Origin: a virus
Direction: 5' to 3' (one strand)
IMG/VR virus record: IMGVR_UViG_3300016643_000133
Location: 31,728-95,727 of that record
DNA: 64,000 nucleotides
Positions within the stretch are counted from its first letter, which is position 1. Each line of letters begins with the position of its first letter. Below, piece after piece: positions 7,570 to 16,828 of this stretch. The notes beneath the pieces were generated by a model. That model was given only the letters and a program-made list of their open reading frames with translations, did no database searches and was not told where the DNA came from. The position numbers were made by a program, and so were the translations under genes.

Positions 7570-9945
7570 ATGAGTAAGGGTATTTCCATGTCGTTTACTG
7601 CCGAACAAAAATCACAATTAGCAAAATTACTGGCAACCGAGAATCTCACGGTTCAACACCAGAAAATTTCTACTGCACGGTTTGACACCAAAAACCGTAT
7701 TCTATACCTTCCAATTTGGCAAAATATGACAGGTTTCATTTACGACCTGTTGGTCGGCCATGAAGTAGGTCATGCTCTCTATACACCAGCTGAAGGTTGG
7801 CATGATGCGGTAATGGACAATGACAAGAACAAAAACTACAAAAACTTTTTGAATGTTGTTGAAGATGCTCGTATTGAGAAAAAAGTCAAACGCAAATATC
7901 CTGGTTTAAATACCGCATTTCGTCTTGCATACCAAGAACTCAACAATCGTGATTTCTTTGGCATTAAGAACCGTGATGTGAATGAACTGCCATTTATTGA
8001 CCGCCTAAATCTTTTCAGTAAATCGCAATGGCAAGCAACATGGATTAAATTCTCGGCTAACGAAGGATTGTTGGTCAAAGAAGTGCAAGCTGCTGAAACT
8101 TGGGCCGATGTTTTGCGTATTACTGAAAAAGTTTATCAGTATTCAAAAGATGAACAGCATGAAATGGCTCTTCAACAATTTGATGAAATGATGGCTGAAG
8201 GTGCTGATTCGGATGATGGTTATGATATGTCTGATTATGGCAATGATGACTATGAAGAAGGTGATGACGGTGATGATTATGACGGAGAGGGTGATGAAAC
8301 CAATGAGATTGAAAACGGCGATTCTCAATCACAACACAACAAAGCAACCGATGATGAATTTGATTCTAATTCAGAAGAATTAGGCGATAACATTACACAT
8401 GACAAAGAATCACACCCTGGCGATAAAGACCAGTTTAACCCTACTTGCAAAACAGATGAAAACTATCGCCGCAATGAAACACAATTGCTTGACGATAAAT
8501 GCAAAGAGTTTGTTTATGTTGACATTCCTAAACCAATCCTAAAAAACATTATTACTCCTGCCAAACGGGTGCAAGAGTTGATGAGTAAATCATGGAAAAA
8601 ATTTATTGCTGAATCGTTCATTGAACCAAACAAACCAGTAGAAGTTATGAATGAATTCAAACGCCGTAATGAGCGTTATGTTGGTCTGCTTGCTAAAGAA
8701 TTTGAAATGCGTAAGGCTGCAAAAGCTTTCAGCAAGTCAAAACTGTCCGATACTGGCGATATTGATATCAGTAAACTTTCTTCTTATAAGTTTGACGATA
8801 ACATTTTCCGCAAAGTAATGATGACACCAAAAGGCAAAAGTCATGGCCTTGTATTGTTACTTGACCGCTCTGGTTCTATGTCTAGAAATATGTCTGGTTC
8901 TATTGAGCAGATTCTCGTATTGTCAATGTTCTGCCGCAAAGTGAATATTCCGTTTGTTGTGTATGGCTTTACTGAATCAGCGACAGTCAAAACCATTGAC
9001 CTTGGTCTTGATGTAGATGACCAACAGACACATCAATTTAGCCGTGATTATTCTGGTACAGACAAATACAATTGTTTTACTCAAAATCTTGGTGAAATGA
9101 ATTTTAATAATGTTCATTTGCGTGAGTACCTGAATTCTAAAATGTCAAACGCTGAATTTACGGTTGCTCTGAAAAATATGTGTATGCTAATGGAATCTTA
9201 CAAAGATGGTAATTATCGTTTATATCCAAGGCCAGAATCTGAGCAACTAAACAATACACCAATGACACAAGCTATTGTTGCAACAGCTGAAGTTATGAAA
9301 GATTTTAAACGCATCAACAATTTGGATATTTGTAGTTTGGTCATTGTGCATGACGGTGATGCTGACTCTCTCAACAGTTATTGGGTTGAAAAAGAACGAC
9401 AAAATTACAAAACGGGCTTGACTGAAATGACGAAGGTCGGAGAATGGTATTCTAGTGACCGAGTTTATGTCATGCGTGACCGTCAAAACAAATTTGAAAT
9501 TAAAATTGTTAATGTAGTAGAAGATACTTCAACACAAGTTCTCAAATGGTTCAACAAAGTGACTGGTGCTCGTGTGTTTGGTTTCTTTATTGTTGCTGGT
9601 CGTGGTGAAGCCAAATATGCGTTATCTAACCGATATGTGAATGAAGAAGGTAAAAATATGTGGCAAATTAAAGCTGAGATTGGTTATGATGCTGCAATGG
9701 AATACCAGAAAAAACTTTTGAAGAATTTTAAATCTGAAAAATATGCTGCAAGCAAAATCTCTGGTTATGAGAATTTCTTTTTCATTCATGGCGGCGAAGA
9801 ACTTACCACCGATGATGAAGATGGTATTGAAGTAGAAGGTAAATTTACTGCGAAGAAGTTGGCAACGGCATTTGCCAAATACAATAAAAAACGGGCAGTA
9901 AATCGGGTATTAGTATCTCGGTTTATCCAAGGTATTGCCGCTTAA
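7570..9945 (+). CDS. CobT-like protein: N-terminal HExxH domain, acidic linker, VWA domain (start may be 7588)
   Basis: HEVGH, NVVEDARIE, D/E-rich linker, MIDAS DRSGSMS and HDGD. Confidence 0.8.
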   Translation: MSKGISMSFTAEQKSQLAKLLATENLTVQHQKISTARFDTKNRILYLPIWQNMTGFIYDLLVGHEVGHALYTPAEGWHDAVMDNDKNKNYKNFLNVVEDARIEKKVKRKYPGLNTAFRLAYQELNNRDFFGIKNRDVNELPFIDRLNLFSKSQWQATWIKFSANEGLLVKEVQAAETWADVLRITEKVYQYSKDEQHEMALQQFDEMMAEGADSDDGYDMSDYGNDDYEEGDDGDDYDGEGDETNEIENGDSQSQHNKATDDEFDSNSEELGDNITHDKESHPGDKDQFNPTCKTDENYRRNETQLLDDKCKEFVYVDIPKPILKNIITPAKRVQELMSKSWKKFIAESFIEPNKPVEVMNEFKRRNERYVGLLAKEFEMRKAAKAFSKSKLSDTGDIDISKLSSYKFDDNIFRKVMMTPKGKSHGLVLLLDRSGSMSRNMSGSIEQILVLSMFCRKVNIPFVVYGFTESATVKTIDLGLDVDDQQTHQFSRDYSGTDKYNCFTQNLGEMNFNNVHLREYLNSKMSNAEFTVALKNMCMLMESYKDGNYRLYPRPESEQLNNTPMTQAIVATAEVMKDFKRINNLDICSLVIVHDGDADSLNSYWVEKERQNYKTGLTEMTKVGEWYSSDRVYVMRDRQNKFEIKIVNVVEDTSTQVLKWFNKVTGARVFGFFIVAGRGEAKYALSNRYVNEEGKNMWQIKAEIGYDAAMEYQKKLLKNFKSEKYAASKISGYENFFFIHGGEELTTDDEDGIEVEGKFTAKKLATAFAKYNKKRAVNRVLVSRFIQGIAA

Positions 9946-9995
9946 GTTGATGTTTATTTGTTATAATTATTTTTCTTTGATAGGAGTTTTATATT

Positions 9996-11180
9996 ATGAG
10001 TAACCGTGCCGAACTAAAACAAATGTTCATTGATGCTTTGATTGCTACTGGTAAACAAACTGTTAGTAAATCAGAAATCAAAACAATTGCAACCGACCTC
10101 GGTCTTAAATCAACCCAATTCTTCACTAAAGAAGAATCTAATCGTGTTGGTCGTGGTCAATATCTAGTGCCAAATGCCAATGTTAATATGCAACCTGCTC
10201 TACAAGCGCAAGTGATTCCTATGTCCAAACCTGTTGAAAAATCTAGTCATAAAATCAGTAATGTAACAACTGACCTAGATGTTACTAACCTAGTGCCTGT
10301 TGCTTACAAAAACTATGTACCATTTGGTAACTTTGATGATGTATTGTCAATTGTTTCTTCTATGCGATTCTTTCCTGTGTTTATCTCAGGTCACTCAGGT
10401 AACGGCAAGACCATGTCTATTGAACAGGCTTGTGCTAAGGCAAAACGCAAATTCGTTTGTGTGTCAATGACACCTGAAACTGATGAGAGTGACCTTCTAG
10501 GTAACTATGTTCTGATTGATGGTAATATGGAATGGCGTGATGGTCCTGTGACTACTGCCGCTCGTCAAGGTGCTGTTCTCTGTATTGATGAGATTGATTA
10601 CGGTGCTCAGAACCTCTCCAGTTTGCAGCGTGTGCTAGAAGGTAAACCGTTTATGTTGAAAAAGAAAGGTGAATTGATTTCACCTGCACCCGGTTTTACC
10701 GTGTTTGCTACCGCAAATACTAAAGGTAAAGGTTCAGATGACGGTCGTTATATGTTCACCAATGTTTTGAACGAAGCATTCCTTGAGCGTTTTCGTACCA
10801 CAATGGAACAAGAATTTCCTCCTGTTAAAACTGAACGCAAGATTATTGAGAAAGAACTTGCTTCTGTTGGTAAAGCAGATAATGATTTTGCCGAGAAGCT
10901 TGTTACTTGGGCTGATGTGATTCGTAAAACATTCGCCGATGGCGGTTGCGATGAAGTGATTTCTACTCGCCGTCTTGTGCATATTGTTGAAACATACGGC
11001 ATCTTTGGTGATAAGATGAAGGCAATTACTCTGTGTCTGAATCGTTTTGATGATGACACTAAGGCATCATTTGTTGACCTGTATACTAAGGTTGATGCAG
11101 GTGCTTCTGCTGAACAGATTCTTGCACCTCAACCTGAACCTGTTGTTGAAGAAGTAAAACCTGAAGAACAACCTTACTAA
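9996..11180 (+). CDS. CobS-like MoxR AAA+ ATPase
   Basis: GHSGNGKT, LCIDEID, ATANTKGKG, LNEAFLERF, ISTRRLV. Confidence 0.9.
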   Translation: MSNRAELKQMFIDALIATGKQTVSKSEIKTIATDLGLKSTQFFTKEESNRVGRGQYLVPNANVNMQPALQAQVIPMSKPVEKSSHKISNVTTDLDVTNLVPVAYKNYVPFGNFDDVLSIVSSMRFFPVFISGHSGNGKTMSIEQACAKAKRKFVCVSMTPETDESDLLGNYVLIDGNMEWRDGPVTTAARQGAVLCIDEIDYGAQNLSSLQRVLEGKPFMLKKKGELISPAPGFTVFATANTKGKGSDDGRYMFTNVLNEAFLERFRTTMEQEFPPVKTERKIIEKELASVGKADNDFAEKLVTWADVIRKTFADGGCDEVISTRRLVHIVETYGIFGDKMKAITLCLNRFDDDTKASFVDLYTKVDAGASAEQILAPQPEPVVEEVKPEEQPY

Positions 11181-11202
11181 TAAGTTTGTAGTTCGGCACT
11201 TT

Positions 11203-11229
11203 GGCCTGTGGCAACACAGGCCTTTTTTT
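11203..11229 (+). terminator. intrinsic terminator
   Basis: GGCCTGTG-GCAA-CACAGGCC followed by T7. Confidence 0.9.
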
Positions 11230-11251
11230 GTAACATTTGCCTGTATAAAGC

Positions 11252-11280
11252 TTGTATAAATGTTTCAGATATGTTATAAT
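11252..11280 (+). promoter_or_regulatory. sigma70 promoter
   Basis: TTGTAT-17 nt-TATAAT with extended -10 TG. Confidence 0.7.
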
Positions 11281-11291
11281 TATATTATCAA

Positions 11292-11336
11292 ATTTGAGAG
11301 AACGGTCGCCTCTCAAATGTTTACCTTGTTGCGACC
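11292..11336 (+). promoter_or_regulatory. H-type RNA pseudoknot in 5' leader
   Basis: Stem 1 ATTTGAGAG/CTCTCAAAT (9 bp); loop GGTCGC pairs with GCGACC (6 bp). Confidence 0.65.
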
Positions 11337-11356
11337 ATTTTATGGAGTATTTCGTA

Positions 11357-11632
11357 ATGAAATCAGCTAAAGCTAAAGTTCTCGCCTATCTTTCTAAAGA
11401 CAGCGAGTATAACACTCTCACCGTTGCCAAGATGCAATCTGTTTTTGGTATCGCAAACCCTTCCGCTACTATCAATGAGTTGCGTAACGAAGGTCATGCA
11501 ATTTACCACAACACTCGCTTCAATGCTAACGGCGAAAAAGTTTCTTTCTATCGCCTTGGTCAGCCAACTAAGCGCATGGTAGCCGCAGGTATTGCCGCTC
11601 TGCGTGCTCAGGGAGAGCGTGCTTTTGCCTAA
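11357..11632 (+). CDS. small winged-HTH-like protein
   Basis: GGAG RBS; KVLAYL...LTVAKMQSVFGIANPSATINELRNEGHAIY. Confidence 0.7.
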   Translation: MKSAKAKVLAYLSKDSEYNTLTVAKMQSVFGIANPSATINELRNEGHAIYHNTRFNANGEKVSFYRLGQPTKRMVAAGIAALRAQGERAFA

Positions 11633-11652
11633 AATAGTTTAGGAAAAGCGAT

Positions 11653-11690
11653 GAGGAAGTAATACATATAGGTGTTACTTCCTCTTTTTT
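11653..11690 (+). terminator. intrinsic terminator
   Basis: 13-bp stem GAGGAAGTAATAC/GTGTTACTTCCTC then T-run. Confidence 0.8.
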
Positions 11691-11705
11691 GTTTATGGAG
11701 TTGTC

Positions 11706-12521
11706 ATGGAAATTCAAGTTAAAGTAGAAGATTTAAAGAAAAACAAGGTGTTCGTGGCAACACCGATGTATGGTGGCATGGCTCATGGCCTATACATTAA
11801 ATCATGCCTAGATTTACAAACCACCATGTCCAAATATGGTGTAGAAACAAAATTCTCCTTTCTGTTCAACGAATCACTCATCACAAGGGCTCGTAACTAC
11901 CTTGTAGATGAATTTCTCCGTTCTGATTTTACCCATCTCCTCTTTATTGATTCGGACATTCATTACAATCCACAAGATGTAATTGCTATGTTAGCACTTG
12001 ATAAAGATGTGATTGGTGGTCCTTATCCTAAGAAGTCAATCAATTGGGGTAATGTGGCACAGGCCGCAAGAAATAATCCTAATATGGAACCAAAAGAATT
12101 AGAAACTCTTGTTGGTGAATATGTGTTTAATGTTGTAAAAGGCACACAGTCATTTCAAGTTACAGACCCACTAGAAGTGCTTGAAATTGGTACTGGTTAT
12201 ATGATGGTCAAGCGTGGTGTATTTGATAAGATGAAAGATGCTTATCCTATGATTCACTACAAACCTGACCATGTTGGTCAAGCTAACTTTGATGGTTCTC
12301 GTTACATTCACGCCTTCTTTGATACAGTCATTGATACAAAAGAATCAATTACAGGCGGCGGTTCTGACCGTTATCTAAGTGAAGATTATATGTTCTGTCA
12401 AATGTGGCGTAAAATTGGCGGACAAGTTTGGCTATGTCCTTGGATGAAAACACAACACATCGGCACTTATGCATTTACTGGTAATATGCCTGCTGTTGCA
12501 CAATATACGGGTCGTCTATGA
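11706..12521 (+). CDS. GT-A fold glycosyltransferase-like protein
   Basis: ATPMYGG, SLITRARN, LLFIDSDI (DxD), GTGYMM, LSEDYMFC. Confidence 0.75.
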   Translation: MEIQVKVEDLKKNKVFVATPMYGGMAHGLYIKSCLDLQTTMSKYGVETKFSFLFNESLITRARNYLVDEFLRSDFTHLLFIDSDIHYNPQDVIAMLALDKDVIGGPYPKKSINWGNVAQAARNNPNMEPKELETLVGEYVFNVVKGTQSFQVTDPLEVLEIGTGYMMVKRGVFDKMKDAYPMIHYKPDHVGQANFDGSRYIHAFFDTVIDTKESITGGGSDRYLSEDYMFCQMWRKIGGQVWLCPWMKTQHIGTYAFTGNMPAVAQYTGRL

Positions 12522-12853
12522 CAAGCAAAGTTGTAAAAGAATCACAAACAGCGACAACAGGTGGCCGTAAATTTGATGGCGGTAAATTACAATATGGTTT
12601 ACTGCCGCCTGCTGCACTTAAAGCTACAGTTGAGATTCTTACTTTTGGTGCTGAGAAGTATGAGCCTGATAATTGGAAATATGTACCAGAATCCAAACGA
12701 AGATACTTTGATGCTTTAAATCGCCATTTGTGGGCATGGAAAGAGGGAGAACAGTTAGACCCTGAATCTGGTAAACACCATTTGGCCCATGCTATGTGTT
12801 GCCTCATGTTTCTATACGAACATGATACAATATACTCTGTTGATAAATCTTAA
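12518..12853 (+). CDS. DUF5664-type dATP/dGTP diphosphohydrolase domain protein
   Basis: GRKFDGGKLQYGLLP, FGAEKYEPDNW, DPESGKHHLAHA. Confidence 0.8.
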   Translation: MTSKVVKESQTATTGGRKFDGGKLQYGLLPPAALKATVEILTFGAEKYEPDNWKYVPESKRRYFDALNRHLWAWKEGEQLDPESGKHHLAHAMCCLMFLYEHDTIYSVDKS

Positions 12854-12868
12854 TTATGAGAGGTAAGT

Positions 12869-13555
12869 ATGAAACTATCAAACGAAACCATTTCGGTTCT
12901 TAAAAACTTTGGTGCAATCAACCAAGGTATCCTTTTCAAAAAAGGTAAAACACTTAAAACGGTATCTTCACACAAGAACATTCTTGCTGAAGTAGATATC
13001 AAAGAAGAAATTCCTGCTGAGTTTGGCATTTATGACCTAAACAATTTCTTGTCGGTCATTTCTCTACACAAAGACGACCCATCTTTTGAGTTTGATGAGA
13101 AGCAGGTTACGATTGTTGGTAACAAAGGTCGTAGCAAAATCAAATATCGTTTCACACCATCAAATATGATTGTTACTCCACCTGAGAAACAATTGACAAT
13201 GCCTGATGCTGAAATTAAATTTGAATTGAAATCAGAAGATTTTGAATGGGTTATGCGAGCTGCAGGTGTTCTTGCATCACCACAGATTGCTATTGAATCA
13301 GATGGTAAAAAAGTGAGCATTGTTACACTTGACCTACAAAATGATTCTGCACACACAGACGCACTAGAAATTGCTGATGGCAATGGTAACAAATACAAGA
13401 TGGTATTTAAGACAGAAAACATCACTAAAATTATGAGTGGTTCTTATGATGTTTCTATTTCTTCAAAAGGCATCTCTCATTTCAAAAACAAAACCCTTCC
13501 TCTACAGTATTGGATTACGACAGAGCAAGGTTCTAAATTTGAAAAGGTATCTTAA
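12869..13555 (+). CDS. gp45: sliding clamp
   Basis: MKLSNETISVLKNFGAINQGI, FGIYDLNNFL; synteny 45-44-62-regA. Confidence 0.93.
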   Translation: MKLSNETISVLKNFGAINQGILFKKGKTLKTVSSHKNILAEVDIKEEIPAEFGIYDLNNFLSVISLHKDDPSFEFDEKQVTIVGNKGRSKIKYRFTPSNMIVTPPEKQLTMPDAEIKFELKSEDFEWVMRAAGVLASPQIAIESDGKKVSIVTLDLQNDSAHTDALEIADGNGNKYKMVFKTENITKIMSGSYDVSISSKGISHFKNKTLPLQYWITTEQGSKFEKVS

Positions 13556-13556
13556 A

Positions 13557-13781
13557 ATGGCATTTAAATATTTCACAAACGCAGTAGAAGGTCATGTTGA
13601 TGAATCAATTGCTATCAACCCTGACCATATTATTAATGTGTATGAGCGTGAAACAGTTGTAGCTACAAAAGAAGGTAACAAAGAAAAGAAAGTAACAATT
13701 CTTTTTGCTGGTCCTGCTGGTTCTTGGGAAGTTAAAGAGGACCTTCTGACCGTTGTTGCTCGTCTAAATGAGCGTGACTAA
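13557..13781 (+). CDS. hypothetical protein
   Basis: MAFKYFTNA...IAINPDHI...WEVKEDLLTVVARLN; fills the gp45-gp44 gap. Confidence 0.65.
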   Translation: MAFKYFTNAVEGHVDESIAINPDHIINVYERETVVATKEGNKEKKVTILFAGPAGSWEVKEDLLTVVARLNERD

Positions 13782-13806
13782 ATTATGATATATGTGAAAG
13801 GTTCTT

Positions 13807-14739
13807 ATGGAACATTTGTTATGGACAGAGAAGTATCGGCCTCAGACGGTAGAAGATTGTATTCTTCCAGACCGTCTGAAAAAGCCATTTCAGGAGTATG
13901 TGAATCAAAAGGAGATACCAAATCTCCTATTGAGTGGCGGTGCGGGAGTAGGCAAGACAACCGTAGCGAAAGCGATGTGCAACGAAATTGGTTGCGACTT
14001 CATGGTAATCAATGGTTCTGATGAAAGTGGTATTGACACATTTAGAACCAAGATTAAGAATTATGCTTCTTCAATGGCACTTACTGGCGGCCGCAAGGTC
14101 ATCATTATTGACGAAGCAGATTATCTAAACCCAAACTCAACTCAACCGGCTTTGCGTAATGCGATTGAAGAATTCGCAAGCAATTGCTCGTTCATCTTTA
14201 CTTGTAACTACAAAAATCGCATTATAGAACCGCTACACAGCCGTTGTGCGGTGATTGACTTTGGCCTCAAGAATGGTGAGAAGGCCAAGATGGCTTCGGC
14301 GTTCTTCAAACGAATTCAATCAGTTTTGCAAAGTGAATCCGTTGACGCTGATGATGCAGTTTTGGCAGAATTAATTAAGAAACACTTTCCAGATTTCCGC
14401 CGTGTTCTCAATGAACTTCAGCGATACAGCCAGTTTGGTAAGATTGATACTGGTATTCTTTCACAGATTGCTGACATTTCAATCAGCGAACTAACCAAGC
14501 ACATTTCATCAAAAGATTTTTCTTCTATTCGTAAGTGGGTAGCGTCACACGAAATAGACAATACCACCATGTTTCGTAAACTATATGATACATTGTATGA
14601 CATTCTGAAACCAACATCTATACCACAAGCGGTGTTGATTCTGGCTGACTATCAATACAAAGCTGCATTTGTTGCTGACCAAGAAATTAATATGGTTGCT
14701 TGTCTGACAGAACTTATGGTGAATTGTGACTTTGTTTGA
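13807..14739 (+). CDS. gp44: clamp loader large subunit
   Basis: WTEKYRP, GGAGVGKT, IIIDEAD, LHSRC (RFC motifs). Confidence 0.95.
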   Translation: MEHLLWTEKYRPQTVEDCILPDRLKKPFQEYVNQKEIPNLLLSGGAGVGKTTVAKAMCNEIGCDFMVINGSDESGIDTFRTKIKNYASSMALTGGRKVIIIDEADYLNPNSTQPALRNAIEEFASNCSFIFTCNYKNRIIEPLHSRCAVIDFGLKNGEKAKMASAFFKRIQSVLQSESVDADDAVLAELIKKHFPDFRRVLNELQRYSQFGKIDTGILSQIADISISELTKHISSKDFSSIRKWVASHEIDNTTMFRKLYDTLYDILKPTSIPQAVLILADYQYKAAFVADQEINMVACLTELMVNCDFV

Positions 14740-15280
14740 TTCTTTATTTTCAGATGGGTCTTTGACCAAATATATCAAAGAAAAACAAAACGACATTTAG
14801 AAAAATACTTATTTTGAAGGTTATGTTCATCTTAACCCTAGACAAAAAGGGACTTTTGGTGAAATGTTCGTAGAGAAATATTTAACAAGTAAAGGCCATA
14901 CAGTAGAAAAAAGAACAAATGCTGGCCACGATAGAATAATTGATGACCACAAAACAGAAATTAAATTTGGAATGTGCAACAAAGGCATTAAAGATTGCTT
15001 TTTAATAAACCACATTTCAAAAAATAAAGATTGGGAAAGATTGATTTTTTGTGGCATAAATCCAACCGAAAAAGAAAGCATATTTGTATGGTTTACAAAA
15101 CAAGATTTCTGTAAAGTTTTAGAAACAACCAACGACATATTTGGTCATCAGCAAGGCGGTAAAAAAATTAAGAATGATGACTATATGTGTGGTAACATTG
15201 ATAGTTTATTGAAACTTCCTTTTGTTAGACCAATAACAGAATGGAAAAGAAAACAAACTTTGATTGATTTTATATTATGA
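14732..15280 (+). pseudogene. PD-(D/E)xK nuclease-like gene interrupted by in-frame TAG at 14798-14800
   Basis: TTG start overlapping gp44 stop reads MFDSLFSDGSLTKYIKEKQNDI*KNTYFEGYVHLNPRQKGTFGE into ORF 14864..15280, which has GHD...TEIK. Confidence 0.55.
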
Positions 15281-15660
15281 ACCCATTTGACTATGTTAAA
15301 GAAATTTTACAAGGTAAAAAACAATTAATTGTTGACGACCTTACAGAGAAAGAATATAACCCTTTCATCGTAAATCGCTCTCTATCCTACCATAAAGATT
15401 GCGTTTTGTATGCAAATGAGATGAACCGCCGTCATTTTTTAGACAAAAAGTTGCAGAATGACTTTTTACTAAATACCGTCAGGTCTCAAAAGAGACCCTT
15501 TGCGAAGTGGGTTAAGGCTGAGAAAAGTGATGATTTAGAATGTATAAAACAAATCTATGGATTCTCCGATTCAAAAGCCCGTGAGGCACTCCGTCTACTA
15601 AGCAAAGACCAAATCCAACAATTAAAAGAACAAACCGATACCGGTGGATTAAGGAAATGA
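15277..15660 (+). CDS. gp62: clamp loader small subunit
   Basis: YNPFIVNRSLSY, ANEMN, KRPFAKW, C-terminal GG. Confidence 0.9.
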   Translation: MNPFDYVKEILQGKKQLIVDDLTEKEYNPFIVNRSLSYHKDCVLYANEMNRRHFLDKKLQNDFLLNTVRSQKRPFAKWVKAEKSDDLECIKQIYGFSDSKAREALRLLSKDQIQQLKEQTDTGGLRK

Positions 15661-15661
15661 A

Positions 15662-16066
15662 ATGGTAGATTTGACACAGTTCATTGAGGTTTCGCTCAAC
15701 GAACAAGATGATTTTTTGAAAGTAAGAGAAACCCTTACTCGGATTGGTGTATCTTCACGGAAAGAAAAAGTATTATATCAATCTTGCCACATTCTTCATA
15801 AACAAGGCAAGTATTATATTGTGCATTTTAAAGAGTTGTTTGCTTTAGATGGCAAGCCTTCTAACATATCTGAGAATGACATTCAAAGACGGAATGCTAT
15901 TGCAAATTTGCTAGAAGAATGGGGTTTGATTAAAATATTGAATCGCAGGTTGATAGAAGGTAATATTGCACCTCTACACCAGATAAAAATTATTTCATTC
16001 AAAGAGAAAGACGATTGGAATTTAATTGCCAAATATAACATTGGCAAAAAACCAAACGATTATTGA
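15662..16066 (+). CDS. regA: translational repressor
   Basis: DFLKVRETLTRIG, LYQSCHILHKQG, YIVHFKELF. Confidence 0.95.
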   Translation: MVDLTQFIEVSLNEQDDFLKVRETLTRIGVSSRKEKVLYQSCHILHKQGKYYIVHFKELFALDGKPSNISENDIQRRNAIANLLEEWGLIKILNRRLIEGNIAPLHQIKIISFKEKDDWNLIAKYNIGKKPNDY

Positions 16067-16084
16067 TTTTTGAATAAATAATGG

Positions 16085-16140
16085 TGCGGCGCCTAATGGG
16101 CCGCAATTTGATTAACTCGCTTAATAGGAGATAAAAAATG
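16085..16140 (+). promoter_or_regulatory. ROSE-like RNA thermometer leader of hsp20
   Basis: TGCGGC/GCCGCA hairpin, then CTC-G-CT/AG-GAG hairpin with bulged G occluding SD. Confidence 0.6.
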
Positions 16141-16617
16141 GTTAGTCGTATTTCTTTTGGGCCTTTGGCTCATACAACTTTGGGTTTTGAGCGTTTCTTT
16201 GATGATGTTGAAAAACTTTTGGCTACAGATATTACAAAAGTAACCCAATCTTTCCCACCACATAACATCATTAAGCTAGACGAAACGCATTATGTCGTTG
16301 AGCTTGCTATTGCTGGTTTCAGTAAAGATGAAATTGAAATCACAACAGAAAATGGAACCCTCACTATCAAAGGTGAAAGGAAAGATAAAGATGTTGAAGT
16401 GAATTATCTGCATCGTGGAATTGGCACTCGGTCATTTACAAAACAATTGACCATTGCTGACACCGTTGAAGTTCGTGGTGCAGAGTTTAAAGATGGCATT
16501 TTGCGTGTTGGTTTAGAGAATGTAATTCCTGAGCACAAGAAACCACGCAAGATTGAAATTGGTAATGAACTTAAAGAGTTTAAGCCACAACTTCTACAAG
16601 AGAAGAAAGTAGCATAA
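16138..16617 (+). CDS. small heat shock protein (Hsp20/IbpA-like)
   Basis: FPPHNI, ELAIAGF, YLHRGIGTRSF, DGILRV, IPEHKKPRKIEI. Confidence 0.93.
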   Translation: MVSRISFGPLAHTTLGFERFFDDVEKLLATDITKVTQSFPPHNIIKLDETHYVVELAIAGFSKDEIEITTENGTLTIKGERKDKDVEVNYLHRGIGTRSFTKQLTIADTVEVRGAEFKDGILRVGLENVIPEHKKPRKIEIGNELKEFKPQLLQEKKVA

Positions 16618-16621
16618 CTCG

Positions 16622-16641
16622 GCGGGGCTCTGCCCCGCTTT
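16622..16641 (+). terminator. probable intrinsic terminator
   Basis: GCGGGGC-TCT-GCCCCGC-TTT right after hsp20 stop. Confidence 0.65.
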
Positions 16642-16654
16642 ACTTGGAGATATT

Positions 16655-16828
16655 ATGACAAAGCGTGATAAAAACTTTCGGTTGAGTAAAACAACCAAAC
16701 GGATGATGGCAGGTAAACTCTGCACCAATCCAAATCAATTTAAAAAAGCCATGATTGAAGCACAAATCATTGGCTCTATTCCAGTCAAATCAGAAAAGAA
16801 AAGCAAAAGCACACCTAAGGAAGAATAA
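16655..16828 (+). CDS. small basic hypothetical protein (57 aa, not in ORF track)
   Basis: GGAG RBS; MTKRDKNFRLSKTTKRMMA...FKKAMIEAQ; TAATG overlap with next gene. Confidence 0.65.
   Translation: MTKRDKNFRLSKTTKRMMAGKLCTNPNQFKKAMIEAQIIGSIPVKSEKKSKSTPKEE

Noticed and set aside
12518-12853. Z-genome (2-aminoadenine) pathway
   Set aside because: No purZ in this window; the domain alone is not diagnostic
14798-14800. Genome-wide TAG reassignment
   Set aside because: TAG ends nrdA, nrdB and other genes at expected positions and core genes are uninterrupted in the standard code
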